Shown piece after piece: positions 9,579-17,215 of a DNA stretch of 36,039 bases (the first letter of the stretch is position 1; each line of letters starts with the position of its first letter). The notes under the pieces are model-generated. The model ran no database searches. It had not been told where the DNA came from and saw nothing but the letters and a program-made list of their open reading frames with translations. Source of the DNA: a virus (taxonomy: Duplodnaviria > Caudoviricetes); the IMG/VR virus record IMGVR_UViG_3300037603_000145, positions 1 through 36,039 of that record. One strand, 5' to 3'. Position numbers and translations under genes: made by a program.

Positions 9579-9618
9579 GCCTCCGCCAGCTTCAAGTCAG
9601 CCTGGCGGGGGCTTTTTC
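9579..9618 (+). terminator. Intrinsic terminator
   Basis: GCCTCCGCCAG...CTGGCGGGGGC-TTTTT. Confidence 0.65.
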
Positions 9619-9634
9619 GTTTCCAGGTCTTCGA

Positions 9635-9910
9635 TTATCCATCGAGGTCTATTTCAGATACAGCGGAGCGAATCAAATCCAGGGCATCTTCTTCTGATTC
9701 GCAGGTTGATATTTGGTCTTTGCGACCCTCCAGCTTCCAGGCAACATCAAAACGGCCCTCGCGAGTTCGCTCGATGTCGCACACGTGAAGGAACTCATTG
9801 CTGTGAATCGCGTGTAGTCCAATCATCAAGGTGCTGCCTGCTAGCTTGAGCTTGTAGAAGTCTCCGTTTCCCGAAAGTCTTCCCGTTAAAGCAGTCTGGA
9901 TATGATCCAT
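9635..9910 (-). CDS. Hypothetical protein
   Basis: 91 aa, ATG with GAGG RBS. Confidence 0.6.
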   Translation of the reverse strand: MDHIQTALTGRLSGNGDFYKLKLAGSTLMIGLHAIHSNEFLHVCDIERTREGRFDVAWKLEGRKDQISTCESEEDALDLIRSAVSEIDLDG

Positions 9911-10045
9911 TTCAAACCTCTGTATTCTGGCTTGCGTGAGGCTTCTCGCTGCCTCGAAAGCGGCGGGTGATGCTCTCCCGTACTTCTATAGTGGATTTCT
10001 AAGCGCGAGAAGGTCGGCTTTTCTTAGGAAATTCGCAAACGTAGA

Positions 10046-10483
10046 TTGCGATGGACATTTGCTAATAAGTGTTCTCGTCGCAATATCACCGACGAAAAGA
10101 TCAAACAGTGTGAGCGTGAAGCGTTGATGCGGCTTGGGCGGCGTTACAACGCTGAAAAGGCCGACAAGAAAGACTCGCTCAAGCGAGGCAGGTCACCGAT
10201 GCCCCAAGCAGGGGCAACGGGGGAATCGACACGGGACAAAATCGCCAAAGAGGAGGGTGTCTCAAAGAACACGGTCGAGCGAGCCGGAGCCCGTATGGAG
10301 ATCCACGACGCAGTCGAGGAAGTGGCTCCCGATGTGGCGGTTGAGGTGCTGGAATGCCCCGCGACGCAGCTCAAAAGGATTGTTTTTGCGGCACCGGCAA
10401 ACTTGAGCCACAAACACAACCTCAGGTTGAGGCTTTTCAAAAACACCGTGTTTTGCGGGGTAGATTTAATAGCCTCAACTTGA
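10046..10483 (+). pseudogene. C-terminal HTH part of a phage ParB-like protein, probably a fragment
   Basis: RRNIT...LGRRYNAEK...TRDKIAKEEGVSKNTVERAG; no good start; 3' end runs into the left inverted repeat. Confidence 0.55.
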
Positions 10484-10519
10484 GGCTATGCGCGCAAATC
10501 AAAAAATGATCGCCAGCGA
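10418..10519 (+). repeat. Left ~100-bp inverted repeat
   Basis: Reverse complement of 13179-13279; exact blocks of 27 bp (10461-10487) and 18 bp (10502-10519); contains palindrome ATAGCCTCAA-C-TTGAGGCTAT. Confidence 0.92.
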
Positions 10520-10545
10520 GAGCCTGAAAAGACGGCCAATTTCCC

Positions 10546-10574
10546 TTGACCTGTTTTGGATCGGGGCCAAAACT
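10546..10574 (+). promoter_or_regulatory. Candidate sigma70 promoter
   Basis: TTGACC-N17-AAAACT just upstream of the structured leader. Confidence 0.4.
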
Positions 10575-10580
10575 GAGAGC

Positions 10581-10763
10581 GTCGTGGCACCAAGCTAGCG
10601 GCTAGACCACCAGGACGGTGGCAAGAAGACAACAGCCCCGTGAGCCAATGCTGCAAAACGTAGACTCACGAGGCTGCCTCCCGATGAGTCGATAATAGAG
10701 CACCAATGTCGGTGGTCAAGGCGCATCGGGATAGACGACTCCGTCCTGACGAATGGCCATGAC
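10581..10763 (+). ncRNA. Predicted multibranch structured RNA
   Basis: Nested pairings GTCGTGGC/GCCATGAC, CAGGACGG/CCGTCCTG, CAGCCCCGTGAG/CTCACGAGGCTG, TCCCGATG/CATCGGGA; no ORF of 60 aa or more here. Confidence 0.5.
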
Positions 10764-10922
10764 AACGACGACATCTACCTATGCGGCAGGACACCAGATC
10801 CTGCCCTCTATCTGCTCGGTCTCTGAGCATGCAACGTCTAAACCTCGCAAATCACGGTGTGAAATAGGCGTGATTCGCAGAACTGGAAATAGGCCCAACA
10901 GCCTGTTTTGATGTCACTACAT

Positions 10923-10959
10923 AAAAAAAGGCGACTCACGAGTGCAAATCGTGGTCGCC
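10923..10959 (-). terminator. Intrinsic terminator of the antisense RNA
   Basis: GGCGACCACGA-loop-TCGTGAGTCGCC-TTTTTTT on the minus strand. Confidence 0.75.
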
Positions 10960-11001
10960 GTAATTTGCTGAGGCAGTGGTAGGCCAGCAAACTGAGAGAA
11001 C
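10923..11001 (-). ncRNA. Predicted ~80-nt antisense (counter-transcript) RNA
   Basis: Minus-strand TATAAT at 11008-11013, hairpin 10964-10991, terminator hairpin 10930-10959 followed by T7. Confidence 0.6.
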
Positions 11002-11057
11002 ACCCGAATTATATCGGGCTCGGTTGCCACCTTCCAGTCCTCAGTTCCCACGAACTG

Positions 11058-12395
11058 ATGAGAACGAAGATGGAAACTGTTGAAGCGAGTGCAACCACAC
11101 TTTCACGCAGCACGCCAGTCGATCATAGCTTCGCGAACAAGGTGTTCGAAGCCGGGCTGTCAGAGTCAGCGGAGAACGAGCTGTTTGACGCCTACGCCCG
11201 TTGCCGCAAAAACGGCTACGTTTCGTGGCATACCGAGGTCCTGCACCATAACCACGGTTCGGCAGTGCGTCGCGAGGTCATTGGCTTCGCGAACAAGAGC
11301 GGCGTTTTTCGAAAATCCAAAAAGTTCCTGCCGGATAGCCACTGCAACGAATACGTTTTCAACGCCAAATTCGACCCTGAAAAGACACCCCCCACATTGT
11401 GTAAAAATCTGGCAACATATAAGACACCCCTGCCTCGTTGCCTCTCTCCTTCGTCCCCTCTTCCTACTCTCCCCTCCTCCCTTCTCTTTCCTCTTCCTTC
11501 TTCCTGGCTCTTTAATCGAAACCGCAATTGGGTTGCGATCTGCAAAAAGAAAAATTGGACAATCCCAGTCGATTACCACGGTGATTCGGTTATTTGCCGA
11601 GCCGTTTTCCAGGCCCTAAATGAGCTGGAGTTACCCGGCGACGCGGTACTGGAGGAGTTGAGTCCGATTCGGAAGCGCGAAGACCGACTCAGCCCCCGCG
11701 AGGTTGGGCGAAACCTGCTGAACAAAGCCCAAAGCGGAAAGGTTGTTCGCAAGCTCAAAATCAAAAACAACACGTGCTACCACTTCGTGTCGAACATGCC
11801 GAGGGTGATGCGGCGAAGCTGCAAGTTCGGTAGCGAAGCGATCGCCGAATCGGACATCCCGAGCAGTTATCTTTGCCATCTTGCCGGTCAAATGTCCGAC
11901 CAGAGTGAAAAGCAGCGGATGGTCAACATGCTCCCTCGAATGTACGAGTGGATCGATGATGTTTGCCCCCGCAAGTTCGATCGCACAGATGAGGGCGACG
12001 AGCAGCAAGCGGAATTCGATGCTTTGCCAATGGATGAACGGCGTGATGCAGTCAAACGTGAGGTTCAGCGTCAGTTGCTATTCGGCATCGACTGGAGGGT
12101 TTGCTCACGCCCAATGTGGAAACCGTTTCGGAAAGAGTTCCCCTTATTCGCCGGGATGATCAACGAAAAGCGAAAACGGTGGGGCAGTGCCAGTGGCTTC
12201 GCGCGTTACCTGATGCGGTTGCAGGGCGACACGATGAGCGCTGCGATGATGGATCTGATTGGGCAGGGGATCACGATGATGCCGTTGTCTGACGGGCTGC
12301 TTGTCCCTGCGTCAAAAATTGAGTTGGCTGGGGTCGCGATCGAGAACGCAGCGGAGGCGGCATTGGGGTTCAGGCCCATGGTTCGGCGGAAGTAG
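11058..12395 (+). CDS. Small family-A-like polymerase (possibly TV-Pol type); probable replication protein
   Basis: 445 aa; motif A-like ESDIPSSY, motif B-like RDAVKREV, motif C-like PLSDGLLV; no exonuclease domain recognised. Confidence 0.55.
   Translation: MRTKMETVEASATTLSRSTPVDHSFANKVFEAGLSESAENELFDAYARCRKNGYVSWHTEVLHHNHGSAVRREVIGFANKSGVFRKSKKFLPDSHCNEYVFNAKFDPEKTPPTLCKNLATYKTPLPRCLSPSSPLPTLPSSLLFPLPSSWLFNRNRNWVAICKKKNWTIPVDYHGDSVICRAVFQALNELELPGDAVLEELSPIRKREDRLSPREVGRNLLNKAQSGKVVRKLKIKNNTCYHFVSNMPRVMRRSCKFGSEAIAESDIPSSYLCHLAGQMSDQSEKQRMVNMLPRMYEWIDDVCPRKFDRTDEGDEQQAEFDALPMDERRDAVKREVQRQLLFGIDWRVCSRPMWKPFRKEFPLFAGMINEKRKRWGSASGFARYLMRLQGDTMSAAMMDLIGQGITMMPLSDGLLVPASKIELAGVAIENAAEAALGFRPMVRRK
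11441..11505 (+). other. Intragenic polypyrimidine tract, candidate origin
   Basis: 63 of 65 nt are C/T; preceded by AAGACACCCC twice (11382, 11421). Confidence 0.5.
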
Positions 12396-12505
12396 CTTGA
12401 TTATGTTTGCGAAGTCCAGATTCAGCAGTTTCAAAATGAAGCTGCTGTCCAGGCGCAAAACAGCCGATGACCTGAGCTGACGTTTAGTAGTCAGCACGCG
12501 GACAC

Positions 12506-12703
12506 GTGATGGCAACCACTCCAGCAAATTTGGTGGAAATGCCCCACTTCAGCCAGCCGCCCTACATCTACGTATTCGCTGCCGTAGTGCTTATCATCGT
12601 CGCTGGGATTAGTTTCCTGGCCGGATTAGATCCCGCAGCCGTTTTTGCCTTCGCCTTTATCACTGTTGGCATCACGATCTTCATCGGCCATGGCGAGAAT
12701 TGA
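12506..12703 (+). CDS. Small two-TM membrane protein
   Basis: YIYVFAAVVLIIVAGISFLAGL and AAVFAFAFITVGITIFIG. Confidence 0.6.
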   Translation: MMATTPANLVEMPHFSQPPYIYVFAAVVLIIVAGISFLAGLDPAAVFAFAFITVGITIFIGHGEN

Positions 12704-12729
12704 CCTTCAAAGCCTGGCTGGCATTTTAA

Positions 12730-13178
12730 GTGTTAGCCAACGTCGGCAGCTGGGCAGACCGAGGGAAATCAGGTTGCAACGGTCACGGCGGAGTCAAACC
12801 TCCCAGCCGCCGACGAATAGCTAACACGCTTCAGGCGACAGATCGACGATACATTCGCTGCTAAACTCATAAAATCCAGAAGCCCGGTAAATGCCGCTCC
12901 GGTGGCCGACTGGTGCCCCAAGTCACGCCACCGGATTGGCATCTGCCCCAATTCTATTATCGACTGAACTCGCCTTTGATCTTAACGAGTGGATACACTC
13001 AAACCGAGCGTTGGCAATGTGACGTGGCGAACACACTCGGCGACCGTGTGCCCCGTGTCGCCGGGTTTGCCCGGTGGAGTCTTGCCCCGACTCCGCCGGG
13101 CTCCTTCTCTTTACGACATATCGCATCGTCGTCACCCGCCTTTGCTGTCTCGTTGCTGACACGAGGTCGAAGGGAGAA
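12730..13178. ncRNA. Hairpin array with repeated TGCCCC loops
   Basis: Stems 12730-12827, 12891-12942, 13036-13065, 13069-13101, 13105-13178; TGCCCC at 12914, 12944, 13049, 13083. Confidence 0.5.
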
Positions 13179-13279
13179 TCGCTGGCGATCATTTTTGGAA
13201 GTTTTGAAAAGCCTCAAGTTGAGGCTATTAAATCTAGTGCGGAAAACACGGGGTTTTTGAAAGTCGAGGCGTTGAGGTT
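13179..13279 (-). repeat. Right ~100-bp inverted repeat
   Basis: Partner of 10418-10519; palindrome AGCCTCAA-G-TTGAGGCT at 13210-13226. Confidence 0.92.
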
Positions 13280-13316
13280 TTTGAATTCGGATCGTCTCAG
13301 TGCTAGCACTGTTCGC

Positions 13317-14246
13317 ATGTGTGACGCGCCCAAAAACGAATCAGCGACCGACAGCCGTGATGTGCTAGCTGCCTTTGGGTTGAGCTTGCCTGCTGCAGTT
13401 GAGTCCACGCCTACTCTGCCGTCGGAAAAGAAGCCGAAAAAGAGGCTGAAAAAGAAAAAGCGACAGCGACGGAGGGCACAGATTGGTGAGTTCAGTGGTC
13501 ACTTCGACCTTGTTGGCACGGCTCCGTACTGGGTTACCACATCTGGCCATCGGATTGCTCAGTATCGCTTCCGTTGTGTTCGCTGTGGGTCGAAACAGGT
13601 CGGTCGCCTTACTCCCTTTCGGGCGGAGAAAATGAAGTGTCCGAACTGCGATGACGTCCGGAGGCCCCTCACTCCTGGCGAGGTAGCAGGCGGATTCGAA
13701 TTGTTGGGGCGAGTTGGTCCGGTCAGTAAATGCGGAAACTACACGATCCGAGTTCGGTGTACCCGGTGCGGTCACGAGCGGACTTCTGTCAGCTCTCGGT
13801 TTCGAGGTGGCTTAGTTTGCCGGGGGTGTGACGTTCGCGAGCTACGGACATCCATGTCTAGCATGATCGGAGAGTCGATTAGCGGGTTCGTCTGCCTTCA
13901 GATCATCCGCTGCGTAGGCGCGAAACCCAGGACCATTGTCCGCTGCTCGGGGTGTGGTCACATTCGAACAATTTCGCTGGGTATGTATCGCCTGGGCCTA
14001 AGGTGCCAGCGATGCGGCCTCAATGATTCGCCAAAGCGAGACTACACCGGGCAGCGGTTTGGCAGGTACCTGTGCCTGGGTGCCGAGTACAGCAGGCCGC
14101 GCAAGAGCGGCGCCCGCTCGCGCCTTTGGACGATCGTGTGCCAGGACTGTGGCAACCAGCGTATCGTCCAGCGGCGACAGATTGAGACACGCATCCGCTG
14201 CCCGAAGTGTGATGGGTACAGTCGCCTTGACTCGCCCACTTCCTGA
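13317..14246 (+). CDS. Tandem zinc-ribbon repeat protein
   Basis: Four ~60-aa repeats with two CxxC each; last begins DYTGQRFGRY, as in DNA-binding modules of phage HNH/AP2 proteins; likely start ATG 13317. Confidence 0.75.
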   Translation: MCDAPKNESATDSRDVLAAFGLSLPAAVESTPTLPSEKKPKKRLKKKKRQRRRAQIGEFSGHFDLVGTAPYWVTTSGHRIAQYRFRCVRCGSKQVGRLTPFRAEKMKCPNCDDVRRPLTPGEVAGGFELLGRVGPVSKCGNYTIRVRCTRCGHERTSVSSRFRGGLVCRGCDVRELRTSMSSMIGESISGFVCLQIIRCVGAKPRTIVRCSGCGHIRTISLGMYRLGLRCQRCGLNDSPKRDYTGQRFGRYLCLGAEYSRPRKSGARSRLWTIVCQDCGNQRIVQRRQIETRIRCPKCDGYSRLDSPTS

Positions 14247-14288
14247 TCCGTTTTCTTTAGTTCTAGTATTCCCATAGGGGCGTCGCGC

Positions 14289-14540
14289 ATGGCGAAAAAA
14301 AAGAAGATCACCAAGCAGAAATTCGCAGCACCAAAGGACGATCGCGAGGTCTCCCTTCTTCGATTCAGCATTCGGATGGTTGGTGACGATGATGTGCTCT
14401 CAGTAGTTCGATCCCGCCAAATAATCAACCTGATCGAGCGTGAGTACGGTGTGACTGTCACGTTGGCCGAGTATCAGCGCCCGGGGATTCGCGGCTTTGT
14501 GAAAATGGACCGTGAAAAGCTGCGAGGCCGAAAGGTTTAG
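14289..14540 (+). CDS. Hypothetical protein
   Basis: 83 aa basic protein, ATG with AGGGG RBS. Confidence 0.6.
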   Translation: MAKKKKITKQKFAAPKDDREVSLLRFSIRMVGDDDVLSVVRSRQIINLIEREYGVTVTLAEYQRPGIRGFVKMDREKLRGRKV

Positions 14541-14569
14541 CTTGGTCCGCAGCTGCATTTAGATCACTG

Positions 14570-15385
14570 GTGACTCCCCCGTTACCAGCGAGATGTTCAA
14601 TGGCCCCTGCCTGGCACTACTGCCTTCGTCCGATACCCGGGCACAGACTCTATTACGCCGGTATCGATGGTTCAGTCTGGTCCATGCGAAAAGGCGGTCC
14701 TTCCCACTGGCCACCACGACGGGAACCGCTTCTGCTGAAAGGAATGAGGGTCAAAGACGGCCCCAAGACCGGCAGGCACGCTGTCACGCTTAGCATGGGG
14801 TCCAGGGCCGCCCACCAGACGCGAGAGGTGCCTCACTTGATATGGGAGGCGTTCAGAGGCGAGAGGCCCGCAGGGCGGAGCGTATGGCACCACGATGGCG
14901 ACCTAGGGAACAATGCGTTGGGCAATCTTCGGTGCGACACTCCCGCAGACCTTTCTGCCCAACTTCGGGAACAGGGGCGGGTTACCCCTGCGGCTTCGAT
15001 CGAAGAACGCTTCACCGACGATGAGATTGTTCACATCGTCACGTCGCATCACACCTCGCGACGACTGGCCCATGGGTTTCGCGTCTGCCAGTCCAAAATC
15101 CTTATGGCTCGCCAGTCACCGCCAGAGCGTCTTCTTGCCAGTCAGGCCCAACAGGATGCCGTTCTAGCCCTCCACATGCCCAGCCTGCGATGCGAAAGCC
15201 ATCAGATGGTTCTGAGGTGGCTCGTCTCGCGGATGCTTCCATGCGGCTTTGTAAGGATCGACACGCCTTGCAGGAGAGGTGAGCTTCCATTGAGGGATAG
15301 TCGGTACTGGCCAGCGTTGCTGTCTTTGGCCTCACGGGGAGTTATCACCCATGAGTCACGCGGTGCGTATCGAGTCTCCCTTTAG
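14570..15385 (+). CDS. NUMOD4/HNH endonuclease-like protein
   Basis: RPIPGHRLYYAGIDGSVWS and HLIWEAF...VWHHDGDLGNNALGNL. Confidence 0.8.
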   Translation: MTPPLPARCSMAPAWHYCLRPIPGHRLYYAGIDGSVWSMRKGGPSHWPPRREPLLLKGMRVKDGPKTGRHAVTLSMGSRAAHQTREVPHLIWEAFRGERPAGRSVWHHDGDLGNNALGNLRCDTPADLSAQLREQGRVTPAASIEERFTDDEIVHIVTSHHTSRRLAHGFRVCQSKILMARQSPPERLLASQAQQDAVLALHMPSLRCESHQMVLRWLVSRMLPCGFVRIDTPCRRGELPLRDSRYWPALLSLASRGVITHESRGAYRVSL

Positions 15386-15397
15386 GTTTTTGGGTTA

Positions 15398-15856
15398 ATG
15401 GATTTCGAGCAGTACGACTTTTACGCCCAGCCTATCGGCAGCCGACCGTCTGGCAGTCGCCAGTTAGACCGGGCACATCTGGACGGGAATTACGGCGACG
15501 GAGAGCTATGGGACGTGACGGTCTTCCTTCGCCAGCCTGATGGTTCATTCGACGTTGATAGCCCGATCACCGCGACATTGTCGGAGCAGTTCCCAATCGA
15601 CCTGGATGAATCACCGTTGTTTGAGTCCATTTCCAGCGAGATCGAACGCTGTTCATGGCAGCTCTATGGCCCATGCATGTCGCGGGGGGATGACCGTTCA
15701 TGGTCTCCGTCTTCCCTTGATATCCCTGTTGGGTCCGTTATCAGGGTGGGGGTGTCGACTGATTGGTATGTCGCCCAAACGAAACGGATTATGCACGGCA
15801 CGACATGGCGCTGCCCCAGTGTTTACCGTATCGATTCCAGCAGGAGTTTAGGTTGA
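15398..15856 (+). CDS. Hypothetical protein
   Basis: 152 aa, co-directional with neighbours. Confidence 0.55.
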   Translation: MDFEQYDFYAQPIGSRPSGSRQLDRAHLDGNYGDGELWDVTVFLRQPDGSFDVDSPITATLSEQFPIDLDESPLFESISSEIERCSWQLYGPCMSRGDDRSWSPSSLDIPVGSVIRVGVSTDWYVAQTKRIMHGTTWRCPSVYRIDSSRSLG

Positions 15857-16121
15857 GCACTTACCCCCACCAGATCGCATGTTCCTGCGCCTCGTCACTG
15901 ATAGGCGACGAGCCGCTTCCCGTTCGTCTTCGTCGTTGCGAAGGCTACTTTCTTCGGTTGGTGCCCGGGAATACACCTGAGGCCCTGTGGTCGACTGTAG
16001 AGAGTTTTCAGCGTCGATTGCGATTTGTTCTACTGCTTGAGGCATGGGGGCAGGAGAGACTCGCTACGGACATTCTTACGGTGTTTCTTCCTTTGGTTTC
16101 TACACGAGATGAGGTTGAGTT

Positions 16122-16460
16122 ATGAGGTTGACGACAGTGGGCGAGCTTGAGGGTCCAGAGATTACTGCGTTGAGGTCGCACCTAGCTGATGTTCCGCATG
16201 TGGTGAGGGCTTGGCTCACGATCGAGGAGAGCACTCGCCGGGTGCTCTCCTTGATGGTTTGCGTTCCCAGGGGGGCTTTTGAGTACGTCGACAGCGAGCA
16301 CAGCGAGGTCGTGGATGCGTTGCACGGCTTTCAGGGTGAGCTTCACAGGTTGATTCCAGCATATATCGCACCGATTGGTCTGGGGCGCATTTCAGCTACC
16401 GAGACGCGAGGCACCACGCTCTACTCCATCGAGCACACGCCGGGCGTTGTCGTCCAGTAG
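16122..16460 (+). CDS. Hypothetical protein
   Basis: 112 aa, ATG with GAGG RBS. Confidence 0.55.
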   Translation: MRLTTVGELEGPEITALRSHLADVPHVVRAWLTIEESTRRVLSLMVCVPRGAFEYVDSEHSEVVDALHGFQGELHRLIPAYIAPIGLGRISATETRGTTLYSIEHTPGVVVQ

Positions 16461-16530
16461 TCTCATTTTTCTGGAGTGGGCTATCCGCCGTCCATTCCAG
16501 ACCAGTCCAGGCGGAAGCGTGAGAGTAAAA

Positions 16531-17007
16531 ATGATTCCCGAACAGAACACCGAAGCGCCAGCGAACAGTGAGTTCCGCACACCCAAAATTTTGGGTGTTG
16601 TTAGCGAGCTCACCAAGCACCTCCCCGCGACGGCCAGAGCGAAATGCTTCGTCTTCGATGAGATGTCGATCGTCTTCGCTGGCGCCGAGCACGAAAGTGT
16701 GACAGAGGAGGCGGATGCGTGGCGTGCCGTGTTGGCGTTCACGACTGCGCTCCAGGAGGCCACGGGTAGGCCAGCAGAGGCGTTCATCACTGATCCGGAG
16801 TGTCCTGGCATGTCGGCAAGCGGCGGTCCGTTCGTGCTCGTTGTGCCATCGCCCCAGAATCACAGTGGGGAGGGCGAGTCTCATTGCGAGCCAGGCAAGA
16901 GTCACGAGGTTATGTATGTCAGCGCCGGGAGGCCAGGGCCTTATGTTCTGTCCAGGGTCGAGAGTGGCAATGGCGATGCCGATTGGCAAATAGAGAGTGT
17001 GGGGTGA
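16531..17007 (+). CDS. Hypothetical protein
   Basis: Likely start ATG 16531 in ORF 16375-17007. Confidence 0.55.
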   Translation: MIPEQNTEAPANSEFRTPKILGVVSELTKHLPATARAKCFVFDEMSIVFAGAEHESVTEEADAWRAVLAFTTALQEATGRPAEAFITDPECPGMSASGGPFVLVVPSPQNHSGEGESHCEPGKSHEVMYVSAGRPGPYVLSRVESGNGDADWQIESVG

Positions 17008-17164
17008 GTCCGCAGGGTCCGCACTTCGTTGTTAGTGGTCCGCACGTCGCGGACCATGATGGCATGAGTTCAGCCAACACACCCGCCGCCAACGCGATGA
17101 CGCCCTCAGGGCCGTACGCCCCTGCATTTCCCGGGATTTGCGGGGATTTTCTTTTTTTGGTGGG

Positions 17165-17215
17165 TTACGGGTCCTTCCTGGGGTTCTTGAACGCTCACGG
17201 TCACAGGGAACAGCC
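17165..17215 (+). promoter_or_regulatory. Candidate cos packaging site
   Basis: TTACGGGTCCTT contains lambda cosQ (GGGTCCT, 17169-17175) about 100 bp upstream of terS. Confidence 0.6.

Noticed and set aside
5251-10483. One ParB gene split between 5251-5349 and 10046-10483
   Set aside because: The fragments lie in different elements on either side of att, and the middle is missing
10897-10911. IS end look-alike AACAGCCTGTT
   Set aside because: Short match in the same orientation as 2016-2026 with no transposase; probably chance
12891-13101. CRISPR array
   Set aside because: Only 6 nt recur, spacing is irregular, and no cas genes are present
13074-13316. N-terminal extension of the zinc-ribbon ORF
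   Set aside because: Runs through hairpins and the inverted repeat; ATG 13317 is more plausible
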